Below the pieces are notes generated by a model, which worked only from the letters and a program-made list of their open reading frames with translations, ran no database searches and was not told where the DNA came from. From positions 14,711 through 78,710 of the forward strand of contig JBNAVT010000002.1 in assembly GCA_049700215.1 (NCBI GenBank): 64,000 nucleotides of DNA. Direction: 5' to 3'. This document shows, one piece after another, positions 49,434 to 59,684 of the stretch. This DNA is from Thermoproteota archaeon. GTDB lineage: Archaea; Thermoproteota; EX4484-205; JAAOZP01. Every line of letters starts with the position of its first letter. Position 1 is the first letter of the stretch. The translations under genes were made by a program, and so were the position numbers.

Positions 49434-50540
49434 ATGAGTCCCTCCTCTTTTTCTGGCTTTTCTAGAAGTGAATTCGAAAGGTCTTTAATCTACTTTGTAA
49501 AAAGGCTTATTGCAATACTTATATCAGTAACGATAACGTGTTATCTGACCATACTCATAGCTGAAATGGGTGGGTTTGTAGATACTGTAGTAATATCCCA
49601 GCTGAAGGATGAGATTCGAAACATGGTTAGAACCAGCCTAGAATATGCTTCACTATCTCCACAGCAGCAGGAGGAGATAATGGCAATAAAGTTGAATCTA
49701 ACCATAAAGGAACGGGGTCTGGACACACCTTTCTACGTAAGGTCACTCATATACCTTAAGAATGCTCTAACATTAGATCTTGGCAGGGCGAACATACTTG
49801 TCAGCGACAGTGGTTCCAGAAGGGTGCAGGCAATAATATTTGAAAGGCTTCCTTACACTATTCTACTCTTCACAACAGCCACTGTTTTAGGCTTCTTCAT
49901 AAACATATTATTCGGATTATACTTAGCTCGCCACAGAGGTTCCCTCATAGATAGGATCATGGTTGGGTTTACATTCCTCTCATCCATACCCGGATGGTTT
50001 TACGGAATAATCTTCATAATGGTTTTTGCAATGTATCTCGGGGTTCTTCCTTACGGAGGTCTCGTCAGCATCCCTCCTCCCAGTGACCCGCTGCTCTATG
50101 CACTGGACATTTTGAAACACGCTATTCTCCCGATTTTTTCATGGCTTTTCTCAGGACTTTGGCTCGGGGTCTATGCGAACCGGAACTTTTTTCTTATATT
50201 CTCAACACACGGGTATGTGACTGTTGCTGATGCGAAGGGGCTTCCGGAGAGAAGAATTCTTAGTAAATACATTATAAAGCCTGCTCTACCGACAATCGTC
50301 ACGAACCTATCTCTAGGAATAATCGGTTCATGGATGGGTGCAATGGTTACTGAAAGCGTGTTCAACTGGCCCGGTATAGGAAGCCTAACTTACAGGGCTA
50401 TAAACCTCAAGGACACGCCAATAATAGTCGGTACAACAGTTATCTATGCGTATCTTCTAGGTTTAACTATGCTGATTCTTGATATAGTCTACAGTATTCT
50501 TGATCCGAGAATAAGAGCTAGCTTGTCAGGAGGGTATTGA
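49434..50540 (+). CDS. Opp/Dpp ABC permease (OppB-like)
   Basis: LDLG; ERLPYTILL; YVTVADAKGL; TESVFNWPGIG; LDPRIR. Confidence 0.92.
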   Translation: MSPSSFSGFSRSEFERSLIYFVKRLIAILISVTITCYLTILIAEMGGFVDTVVISQLKDEIRNMVRTSLEYASLSPQQQEEIMAIKLNLTIKERGLDTPFYVRSLIYLKNALTLDLGRANILVSDSGSRRVQAIIFERLPYTILLFTTATVLGFFINILFGLYLARHRGSLIDRIMVGFTFLSSIPGWFYGIIFIMVFAMYLGVLPYGGLVSIPPPSDPLLYALDILKHAILPIFSWLFSGLWLGVYANRNFFLIFSTHGYVTVADAKGLPERRILSKYIIKPALPTIVTNLSLGIIGSWMGAMVTESVFNWPGIGSLTYRAINLKDTPIIVGTTVIYAYLLGLTMLILDIVYSILDPRIRASLSGGY

Positions 50541-50541
50541 A

Positions 50542-51963
50542 TTGTCTAAAATCAAATCTGCATCAAGGCGTTACATGGTGTTAAGTGAACTATTTCGCTC
50601 CAAGAGTGCGATAATCGGGTTTTCTATAATAATTCTAGTTTCAATATTATCCGTTTATGCGGTGATCGTTTATCCTCCTTCTGTCGTCACTAGAATATGG
50701 AGTGATCCAGAGTATTGGAGAGATAAACCAGTATTAGCACTACCGGAATGGTATAGCTCCCTCTTAGGTCTCAACCTCCCTCCTAACATAGTTTTAGATA
50801 CTAGGGAGCAAGATAGTAGGATCTTGAAATACACGGTTTCTTTGAACGAGCATACGGAGCATGAAATCACGTTTACGTTTAACTATGATTATGACGCTTT
50901 TCCGAGTGAAATGAATGCTTATGTTCATGCTAAATTCAAAACGAATCCTTTAATTGTCATGACTTTTATTCGACCTGACGGGAGAGAAATAAACCTGTGG
51001 TCCGGCACTTTAACTCAGAATGAGAGTTTCATAATTTTGTCAAACTCTCCAATCGCTAAGAAAAATGTTCAAGAGTATTTTTTCAGTACTTTTGGGGAAT
51101 ACGTCTCTGATCCAACTACGGAAGTAATTTTATTCGCTGTGGAAAAACGAGGTATGGATAAACCGAACACGGCTGAAATTCTTAAGAGTGCAGGTAAAAG
51201 TTACAAGATTAAGATATGTGGAACGTTCTTTGAAAAAGACTCTAACCTTGACGTCAAGCTTATAATCTATGGTAAAATATGGGGAATGCTTGGAACAGAC
51301 GATAGAAGAAGAGACCTACTAATACCTATAATATGGGGTGCCCCGATTGCCTTAAGCTTCGGGATATCTCTTTCAATTATAACGTCTTTGCTACACATGT
51401 CCTTAGGCTCGATCAGCGCTTGGTTCGGGGGGAAAGTGGACTTCATAATCCAGAAGATAACTGAAATCTACATGACGGTGCCATTTCTATCAGTACTCGT
51501 GATGATCTCAATGTTCTACAAGGTCAGTATAGTTGCCATATTTATTTCTGTAATAATTCTCAGCCTATTTGGCGGCGGTGTGAAGAGTTCGAGAGCTCTT
51601 GCTTTGCAGCTTAAGCAGCAACCCTTCGTAGAGGCTGCAAAAGTCTACGGGGCTAGCGGGCTTCGAATAGTCTTAAGATACATAATTTTCGCTATGGCTC
51701 CAACACTTGTACCCGGAATTATATCCTCCATACCAGGGTTTGTATTCTTAGAGGCTGCCCTAGCCTTCCTCGGATTAGGAGACCCGGTTCTTCCGACATG
51801 GGGTAAAACTATTAACGAAGCGAATTCAGCAGGTGCTTTGTACAACTTTTACTGGTGGTGGATATTGCCTCCTGTCATAATGCTTGTCTCAATATCCTTG
51901 GCTTTTTCTTTAATAGGTTATTCCCTTGATAAAATTGTAAATCCCAAGCTGAGAGAAATATAG
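50542..51963 (+). CDS. Opp/Dpp ABC permease (OppC-like) with a large extracellular insert
   Basis: LGTDDRRRD; FVEAAKVYGAS; EAALAFLGLG; WG; WWW; VNPKLR. Confidence 0.92.
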   Translation: MSKIKSASRRYMVLSELFRSKSAIIGFSIIILVSILSVYAVIVYPPSVVTRIWSDPEYWRDKPVLALPEWYSSLLGLNLPPNIVLDTREQDSRILKYTVSLNEHTEHEITFTFNYDYDAFPSEMNAYVHAKFKTNPLIVMTFIRPDGREINLWSGTLTQNESFIILSNSPIAKKNVQEYFFSTFGEYVSDPTTEVILFAVEKRGMDKPNTAEILKSAGKSYKIKICGTFFEKDSNLDVKLIIYGKIWGMLGTDDRRRDLLIPIIWGAPIALSFGISLSIITSLLHMSLGSISAWFGGKVDFIIQKITEIYMTVPFLSVLVMISMFYKVSIVAIFISVIILSLFGGGVKSSRALALQLKQQPFVEAAKVYGASGLRIVLRYIIFAMAPTLVPGIISSIPGFVFLEAALAFLGLGDPVLPTWGKTINEANSAGALYNFYWWWILPPVIMLVSISLAFSLIGYSLDKIVNPKLREI

Positions 51964-51965
51964 CT

Positions 51966-52967
51966 TTAGACTACTCCTTTAGAGTTTTTCTGGCTGTAGA
52001 GCCAGCATTTGACTTTATGGAGTTCAGACACCTCTACTTCAGGAGGCTCCTCTCTCCTGCAAACATTCATGGCGTGTGGGCACCTCGGGTGAAACCTGCA
52101 ACCAGGTGGGGGATCAAGAAGACTCGGAGGCTCTCCTGGAGGTGTTTTCCTACGTCTTTTCACGTTTAAAGGATCCAAGTCTGGAATGGCTTCGAACAAG
52201 GCTTTTGTGTAAGGATGTAACGGTTCTCTTAAAATCGTCTGTGTATCTGCTTTTTCAACAATATGGCCTCCATACATTATGAATATTTTATCTGAAAAAT
52301 ATCTGGTGGTGGACAAGTCATGAGTAATATATATAAAGCTTATTTTCTTGTTCTCCTGAAGCTCTCTCAGTAAAGTCAATATCTCAATCCTTACAGATGC
52401 GTCCAGCATAGAAACAGGTTCATCTGCGACGATTAATTCGGGCTGGAGTATGAGAGCTCTTGCAATAGCTACTCTCTGCGCTTGGCCTCCGCTTATCATA
52501 TGGGGATACTTTGGCAAGAAATCTTCAGCAGGTAAAAGCCTGACGTTTTCAAGCGCTTTATAAACCATCTCACCCCTACTTCTTTCATCACTGATCTTAT
52601 GGATTTTCAAGGGTTCTTCAAGTATTTCTCGTATCGTTAAGAAGTATGGGAGGCTTCCGAATGGGTCTTGCTGAATCAACTGTGCCGCCCTCCTGTACCA
52701 CATAAGGTTTTTTGCATCCAAGTGAGTTATGTCTTTACCGTTAAATACTAAAGTCCCCTGTGTCGGCTTGTAAAGTCTGAGTATAGTTTTGCCTAAAGTA
52801 GTTTTTCCGCTTCCAGATTCGCCTACAAGCGATACTGCCTCCCCCCTACTGAGTTTGAAGTTGACCCCGTCAACAGCCTTCACTGCCAGGGATTTGGAGA
52901 ATAAGCCACGTTTGATTTCAAAGTATTTCCGTAGATCTATCACTTTTAACAGGGCATCGTCCATCAA
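51966..52967 (-). CDS. Opp/Dpp ABC ATPase (OppF-like)
   Basis: GESGSGKT; YPHMISGGQAQR; ADEPVSMLD; HPYT; GCRFHPRC. Confidence 0.93.
   Translation of the reverse strand: MMDDALLKVIDLRKYFEIKRGLFSKSLAVKAVDGVNFKLSRGEAVSLVGESGSGKTTLGKTILRLYKPTQGTLVFNGKDITHLDAKNLMWYRRAAQLIQQDPFGSLPYFLTIREILEEPLKIHKISDERSRGEMVYKALENVRLLPAEDFLPKYPHMISGGQAQRVAIARALILQPELIVADEPVSMLDASVRIEILTLLRELQENKKISFIYITHDLSTTRYFSDKIFIMYGGHIVEKADTQTILREPLHPYTKALFEAIPDLDPLNVKRRRKTPPGEPPSLLDPPPGCRFHPRCPHAMNVCRREEPPEVEVSELHKVKCWLYSQKNSKGVV
51973..52140. repeat. 168-bp exact direct repeat, copy 1 (3' end of the OppF-like gene)
   Basis: ACTCCTTTAGAG...CTCTCCTGGA is identical to 52977-53144 by eye. Confidence 0.9.
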
Positions 52968-53953
52968 CTATCAGCCACTCCTTTAGAGTTTTTCTGGCTG
53001 TAGAGCCAGCATTTGACTTTATGGAGTTCAGACACCTCTACTTCAGGAGGCTCCTCTCTCCTGCAAACATTCATGGCGTGTGGGCACCTCGGGTGAAACC
53101 TGCAACCAGGTGGGGGATCAAGAAGACTCGGAGGCTCTCCTGGAATATGACCGAGCTTCTTGGTGGAGCGTAATGTAGGTACACTTGCCAAGAGTAATTT
53201 AGCATATGGGTGTAGAGGCTCGCTTAGAAAAGCTTCAAGGCTCGTTAACTCTACTATTTTTCCTGCATACATTATGGCGATCCTGTCAGAAAGCTCCGTG
53301 CTCAGCGCAATATCGTGCGTAATAAATATGTAGCTGATTTTAAGCTCAGACTTTATATCCTTCAATATGTTCATTATGTTCGCCTGAGTTATAACATCTA
53401 AGGCTGAAGTCGGTTCGTCGAGAATAACTATTTCTGGATGCGTTATCAAAGCCATTGCTATTAAAACCCTTTGCTGCATGCCTCCACTAAGCTCGAAAGG
53501 ATACCTGTCTATAAAAGAACTGCTTATTCCGACAAGCGATAGAAGTTCCGATGCTTTTTCAATTGCGTCTTTTTCAGGAATACCTTTATGGATCATAAGT
53601 GGTTCTGCTACCTGTTCCCCTACTTTAAGCAAAGGATTTAAGGAGTCCATCGCTCCCTGAAAAACGATCGACACTTTCTTCCATCTGATTTTTTTCTTAA
53701 AATCATCATCTCTCAGACTCATAATATCCATACCATCGATAAATATGCTTCCCTCATACTTTGCTATATTCTTTGGGAGCAACCTCATTAGGGCTCTAGC
53801 CAGAGAGCTTTTACCACATCCGGATTCTCCAACTAAAGAAACTGTTTCTCCTTTCCTAAGGTTAAAACTTATATCATCTACAGCTTTCACTGTTCCTTTT
53901 CTAGTACTATAATATAGATAAAGCCTTTTTACCTCCATTAATGAGTCCAACAT
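52964..53953 (-). CDS. Opp/Dpp ABC ATPase (OppD-like)
   Basis: GESGCGKS; YPFELSGGMQQR; LDEPTSALD; HPY; GCRFHPRC. Confidence 0.93.
   Translation of the reverse strand: MLDSLMEVKRLYLYYSTRKGTVKAVDDISFNLRKGETVSLVGESGCGKSSLARALMRLLPKNIAKYEGSIFIDGMDIMSLRDDDFKKKIRWKKVSIVFQGAMDSLNPLLKVGEQVAEPLMIHKGIPEKDAIEKASELLSLVGISSSFIDRYPFELSGGMQQRVLIAMALITHPEIVILDEPTSALDVITQANIMNILKDIKSELKISYIFITHDIALSTELSDRIAIMYAGKIVELTSLEAFLSEPLHPYAKLLLASVPTLRSTKKLGHIPGEPPSLLDPPPGCRFHPRCPHAMNVCRREEPPEVEVSELHKVKCWLYSQKNSKGVADS
52977..53144. repeat. 168-bp exact direct repeat, copy 2 (3' end of the OppD-like gene)
   Basis: Identical to 51973-52140. Confidence 0.9.
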
Positions 53954-54120
53954 TCTTCCTACCTTGTATGAAAACTACTGTTTTCCAGCTTTTTATAAAT
54001 TTTTAGAAGAGATGTATAAATGCTAAGCTTAATCTGCAATACCGTTTATACGGTTTTGCGATAGACTTAGTAGTCATGAATGTCGAGAATCCTTGTTTAT
54101 TTTCTAGACGAGCTAACTTA

Positions 54121-54955
54121 GAGCATGTTTCAAAACCCCTTCTTCCTCCCATTCGCCCGCTTGTAGCATATCAGCGCGCACGCCAAGTTCAGGAACGCCT
54201 GGTATGTACACTGCAACCTCTCGTACCTGACCTTGAGCCTCCGGTACTGGTTGATCCACGCCTGCGCCCTCTCCACAGGCCAGAGCTTCCTATACCTCCT
54301 CGGCCTCCGCCTCCTGTTCAGCAGGGGGATTATGCCCCTCTTCCTTAGTTCCCTCCTCAGCGGCTCCGAGTCGTACGCCTTGTCTCCCTTGAGCTTTAGC
54401 GGCCTTCCCACTCCATGCCTTATCGGAGGTATCGCGTCGACCAGCCTCAGGGCTACTGTAGAGTCGTGCGCGTTCGCTCCTGTAACTATTGCAGCGAGAG
54501 GGAGCCCCCTCGAGTTGGCTATGACGTGCCTCTTCGTGCCGTTCTTGGCCCTGTCCGTCGGATTGGGGCCTGTCGAGCGCCCCCTTTTAGAGCCTGCACA
54601 GGAGAGCTGTCTATCATCGCAAGCCTCATGCTTGGCTCGGCCCTATCGAGCATCTCCTTCCAGACCCTCTTCCATATGCCCTTTCGCTGCCATTCTCTAA
54701 GCCTCCTCCAGCAGCTAGGTCCGGAACTGTACTCCTTTGGGAGGGCATTCCAGGGGCAGCCGTTTAAGAGCACGTAGAGTATTCCGAGCATCGCTGTCCT
54801 GTTCGGCACAGGTGGCCTGCCGGGTGTTCCAGGGGGCTTCTGCTTCGGAAGCATGGGTTCTATTATCTCCCAAAGATCGTCCGTCAGAACCTTCTCGGGT
54901 CTAGCCATGGGGAGAGGAGGTCAGAAGGCTTGGATAAGGGTTTTGAAACACGCTC
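54121..54955 (-). mobile_element. IS5-family insertion sequence (IS427-like), 835 bp
   Basis: 18-bp terminal inverted repeats GAGC(A/G)TGTTTCAAAACCC; TTA target duplication at 54118-54120 and 54956-54958; split transposase. Confidence 0.93.
54130..54908 (-). CDS. IS5-family DDE transposase expressed across a -1 frameshift
   Basis: LTDDLWEIIEP...GCPWNALP...IDSS / GPNPTDRAKNGTKRH...GDKAYD...WPVER; AAAAGGGGG slippery site at 54588-54580. Confidence 0.9.
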
Positions 54956-54960
54956 TTAGT

Positions 54961-55392
54961 TTAAGTCTGCATATAAAACTGCTCTTTAAAAAGCCTTATT
55001 TTCTTGAAACACTCTTCCTCCTCGCCGCAGTCTGCAACAAGCTTTTCAAACGGGCAGACATCGTTCTTCATCCTGTTTAGGATTTCGGGAACAAGTTTAT
55101 CATACTCGACGCTTATACTCTTCTCCTTCAAAGCGGCTAAGCCCTTCCTACTTACTACTTCCGCGTACACTTCAGCAATATTAGCACGCCGGCAGAGCAT
55201 TGCTGCTGCTCTGCCAACAACCCTGTCGGCAACAGCAGCCCCTGATAACTCTACACCATGGTTTTCAATAGCTTCAACAAGCCCCACGACGCCGTATTTC
55301 CTAGTCGCATGGATGAAAGCTCCTTGCTTAACTATAACTAGGCTGAAACCACCGTTTTTCAAAATCCTCTTAGCCGTCTCCAAGCCATTCAT
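54961..55392 (-). CDS. DUF1893 (TM1506-like) protein
   Basis: VADRVVGRAAA; ILNR...CPFE. Confidence 0.85.
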   Translation of the reverse strand: MNGLETAKRILKNGGFSLVIVKQGAFIHATRKYGVVGLVEAIENHGVELSGAAVADRVVGRAAAMLCRRANIAEVYAEVVSRKGLAALKEKSISVEYDKLVPEILNRMKNDVCPFEKLVADCGEEEECFKKIRLFKEQFYMQT

Positions 55393-55521
55393 TTCCTCGC
55401 AGCCGTATTGTGTCTGCCAAGAGTTATATAAGCCTGTTGTTCTATTTTGGTCTCGTGTTTTGGGAACTATTTCTGCAGCGCCTTAGTAAAATTTTTAAGT
55501 CTACCATCCTACGCACGGCTT

Positions 55522-56667
55522 ATGAAGTATAGGCGATTCGGGAAACTGGACTGGCAGGTGTCCGCCCTAGGCTTCGGATGCATGAGGCTCCCTATAATAG
55601 GCAACGATCATTCTAAGGTTGATGAGCCTGAGGCCATCAGGATGATAAGGTACGCTATAGACCATGGTGTCAACTATGTTGACACCGCGTACCCGTATCA
55701 CGGGGGGAATGGTGAGATCGTCGTCGGCAAGGCTTTAAAGGATGGCTACAGGGAGAGGATTAGGCTCGCAACCAAGATGCCTATCTGGAATATTAATTCT
55801 AGGGAGGATATGGACAGGATCTTCGAGGAGCAGCTTAAGAAGCTTCAGACGGAATACGTGGATTTTTACCTTCTCCACGCCCTGAATAAAGACACTTGGC
55901 TTAAGATTAAAAACCTGAATGTTTTCGACTGGGCTGAAAGGGTTGTTTCCGAGGACAGGATAAAGTATCTTGGCTTCAGCTTCCACGACGACTACGAGGT
56001 TTTCAAGGAGATTATAGACGCGTATGACAAATGGACCCTTTGCCAAATACAGTATAACTATGAGAATGAGGATGTTCAAGCCGGGACAAGGGGGTTGAAA
56101 TACGCTGCTGGGAAAGGGCTTGCCGTGGTTATAATGGAGCCTCTTTTAGGAGGGGCTTTAGCCAATCCGCCCCCTGCTGTTAAGCAGATCTGGGATGAGG
56201 CTGGTAAGGATCCTGTGGAGATGGCGCTGCAGTGGCTTTGGAACAAGCCTGAGGTCTCAGTGGTCCTAAGCGGCATGAGCACGATGGAGCAGGTTAAGCG
56301 AAACATTGAGTTTGCCTCAAGATCAGGTGTCGGGCTGCTTACTGACGAGGATCTTAAGCTTATAGCTAGAGTACACGTGAAGTACAGGGAGCTCCGCCCG
56401 ATTCCTTGCACGAGATGCGGCTACTGCATGCCGTGTCCGAACGGCGTTGATATCCCTGAGAACTTTGAGGTTTACAATCATGGTGTAGCGTATAGCACGA
56501 TTGGCGCAGCCCGATGGATTTACAACAATAATATTCCTGCTGAGAGGCGGGCGAGCGCATGCGTGGGATGCAGGACCTGCGAGGAGAAGTGTCCCCAGAA
56601 GATTAAGATCAGCGAATGGATGCAGAGGATCGATAAGGAATTAAGATTCCAGCCGCCTGGAACGTGA
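55522..56667 (+). CDS. Aldo/keto reductase with C-terminal 4Fe-4S domain
   Basis: MKYRRFGK...SALGFGCMRLP; VDTAYPY; LATK; CTRCGYCMPCP; CVGCRTCEEKCP. Confidence 0.93.
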   Translation: MKYRRFGKLDWQVSALGFGCMRLPIIGNDHSKVDEPEAIRMIRYAIDHGVNYVDTAYPYHGGNGEIVVGKALKDGYRERIRLATKMPIWNINSREDMDRIFEEQLKKLQTEYVDFYLLHALNKDTWLKIKNLNVFDWAERVVSEDRIKYLGFSFHDDYEVFKEIIDAYDKWTLCQIQYNYENEDVQAGTRGLKYAAGKGLAVVIMEPLLGGALANPPPAVKQIWDEAGKDPVEMALQWLWNKPEVSVVLSGMSTMEQVKRNIEFASRSGVGLLTDEDLKLIARVHVKYRELRPIPCTRCGYCMPCPNGVDIPENFEVYNHGVAYSTIGAARWIYNNNIPAERRASACVGCRTCEEKCPQKIKISEWMQRIDKELRFQPPGT

Positions 56668-56734
56668 CGCTTTAAAACCTGAAACCGGCATCCGGTGCAG
56701 TTTATATATTGCCCAGGGTTTTCAATACTGCGAC

Positions 56735-59610
56735 ATGTATAGGGATGAGGCGGTGGTTTGGAGTCCCGGGGATTCTGAGAAAATTGCTGGTTTTCTGAGG
56801 CGCGTATCCCCAGGTTTCACCGAGAACGCTCAGGCCAGGGCCTGGGTTGAACCTGACGGCAGGATCCTTCTTCAAATAGTGTTCATGAAAGAGGGTGTTG
56901 CAACCAGGATGCTTGAAACATTTGTCGTTAAGGATGATGGTGGGAACATCGTCAGGGTTGAGCCTCCTGAGGCGACTGGTGAAGCGGGGGAGAGCCAGCT
57001 GGAAGGCGGTTCCCAGAATCCCTGTTTAAAAACCCTTGGGGATCGCCTCAGGGTTCTCAACTGGCATCATAGTAATTCTCTGGCTGCTGTTGCTAAGAGG
57101 CTGGTGGGCCTCGAGGTTTTTTCCACACTTCCTTCTAAAGAGGTTGACTGGGCGAGCAGTGTTTTCAACCAGGTTTTCCCCGAGTCCCCTTTAACCCTCA
57201 GGCCCTACGGGTATTTTGATAAGGAGACGAGAGAGTACGTTATAACTCGGCCAGACACGCCTACGCCCTGGATAAACTATCTCGGCCAAGGAGGCTACGG
57301 CGGAATAATATCTAACACTGCTGGAGGTTTCTCGTTCGACCGTGACCCCCGTAACCGTCGGGTTACAAGGTACCGGTACAACGCTATTCCACTGGATCAG
57401 CCTGGGCACTATATTTATCTTAGGGATGATGAAACCGGGGAGTTCTGGAGTCCAACTTGGCAGCCTGTTAAGAACAGCCTTGAATGGTATGAGTGTAGGC
57501 ATGGCGCAGGCTATACTCGTATAAGCAGCAGGCGTAACGGGGTTGAGGCCTCAATACTCTTCTTCATCCCACCTAATCCCCCCTACGGGGAGTGTCCTGT
57601 CGAGCTTCATGTGCTACGCTTAAAAAACACTAGCGCCAGCGTTAAGAGCCTGAGCATATGGTCCTACGAGGAGCTGTCATACTGGGATGCTATCGTTGAC
57701 ACGACTAACCTGGATTGAGGTCAGCAAATAGTTTCAAGCTCCTACAGGAATGGTGTTATTGTCACGGGGGTTCAGTTTAAACCTACTAGAACGTTCCTCG
57801 CAAGCAGCCTCGCCCCAGATGGTTACGACACTAGCCGCGAGGTTTTCGTGGGGAGCTACGGCGACCTCTCCAGGCCGCAGGCGGTTGTCAGCGGCAAGCC
57901 GGGTTACAGTATTGCTTCACGCGGCAACAGTATTGCTTCCCTCAGACATTTTCTGGAGCTGAAGCCCCGGGAGGAGGAGACAATAGTCTACGTGCTTGGC
58001 GTGACTGATAAGCCGAGTCTAATACCTGAAACCGTTGAACACTATAGTGTCGTAGAAAACGTTGAGAAGGCTTTTAAAGAGCTTGGAGAAAACTGGGGCG
58101 AATACCTTGGGAAGCTAACTGTTGAAACACCGGATGAGGAGATGAACGCTATGATAAACTTCTGGAACGCTGTTCAGTGCTGTGCCAACCTCTACTGGTC
58201 TAGATTCGTCTCCCTGTACGATACTGGTTTAGGAAGAGGCATGGGGACGCGTGACTCTGCTCAAGACACTTTGGGCACTGTGCATAATGATCCTCAGCAT
58301 GCACGCAGGGTTCTGAAAATGCTCTGGAAACTACAGTTTAAAGATGGGCACACCTGGCACCAGGTTTTCCCGCTTACTGGCGAGGGGGGGCCTGGGCATG
58401 CTGCAGAATCTCCTGAGAAACCCCAGTGGTTTAGCGACGACCACCTTTGGCTCATCTTAGCGACCTGCAGCTATCTCCGTGAAACGGGTGACTTCACACT
58501 CCTGGATGAGAAGCTGCCATACCAGGATAGTGACGCGGAGGAGACTGTTTGGGAACACGTAGAGAGGGCGGTAGGCTTCACCTGCAGGAAAAGAGGATTA
58601 CACGGCCTGCCGCTGATCGGCTTCGCAGACTGGGATGACACTATGAATCTTGACCATGGTTCTGAGAAGGCTGAAAGCGTCTGGACGGGGATGCTTTTCT
58701 GCAGGGTTATGCTTGACCTTGCGGAGCTTTGCAAGAAGCTTGGGCGCGTGGAGAAGATGATGGAGTTTGAAAAGCTTCACAGGGAGATGGCTGAAACAAT
58801 AAACCGGGTTTCATGGGATGGTGAATGGTATGCTAGGGCTTACGACGACGAGGGCAGGCCTGTCGGCATTAAGGGTAAGAAGTATCACTGGATAAGTCTT
58901 ATTCCGCAGGCTTGGTCGGCTATTGCTGAGCTCGGCGAAGAAGAGAGGTCGAGGAAAGCCTTGGAGAGTGCACGCCGGTTTTTAAACAGCCTTTAGGATT
59001 AAGGCTGATGAGAGACCCGTTTAACAGCAGTAAGACGGATGAGGATTCAGTGGATGTTGAGAGCCTGAGGCGTTTCGGCGGAACAGCAACATACCCGCCT
59101 GGGCTCAAGGAGAATGGTGGAATATTCAACCATGCTAACACTTGGGTTATTGTTGCAGCCGCCAAGCTCGGGCTTGGAGACCTCGCCTACCAGTTTTACA
59201 GCCAGATAATGCCGCTTAGACGTAGAGATACGGATGCTCTTAAGACTGAGCCCTACGTGTATTCTCAGAATCTGGCTGCCCCGGAGCATCCTGAGTATGG
59301 GCGTGCAAGAAACTCGTGGCTCACCGGCACAGCCTCATGGGTTTACGTGGCTGCGACACAATGGATTCTCGGCATACGCCCCACCTTCGAAGGGTTGAAA
59401 ATATCTCCATGCATACCGGAATCCTGGAGCGGCTTCAAGGCTCGAAGGGTCTTCAGAGGAGTGACGTACAATATTCTCGTTAAACGTGTTGGAAAGGGTA
59501 ACAAGGTTTCGCTCAAGGTGAATAGTAAGCATGTTCCCGGAGAAGTTGTTCCGCTTCCAATCGAGGATGTGGCGAGCGTGGAAGTAGAGGTCGCGCTCGG
59601 AGGGCAATAG
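56735..59610 (+). pseudogene. GH94 glycoside phosphorylase (cellobiose/chitobiose phosphorylase-like) with an extra N-terminal domain; one TGA and one frameshift
   Basis: YGYFD...EYVITRPDTPTPWINYL; GRGMGTRDSAQD; SDDHLW; DWDD; KENGGIFNH; SWLTGTASW; TGA at 57716 in frame; shift at ~58990. Confidence 0.88.
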
Positions 59611-59684
59611 TCCTGGTGTACTCGGAGCCCAGCTTGTCTCAGCAAAGTTTAAATTAAAATTTAAATGGTTCAAACCGGGAAAAG

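Noticed and set aside
13308-57718. Genome-wide UGA recoding (in-frame TGA at 13308, 32553, 57716)
   Set aside because: Many intact genes end in TGA (e.g. pyrK, 31835, 49424), and two of the three genes also carry frameshifts, so nonsense mutation is simpler.
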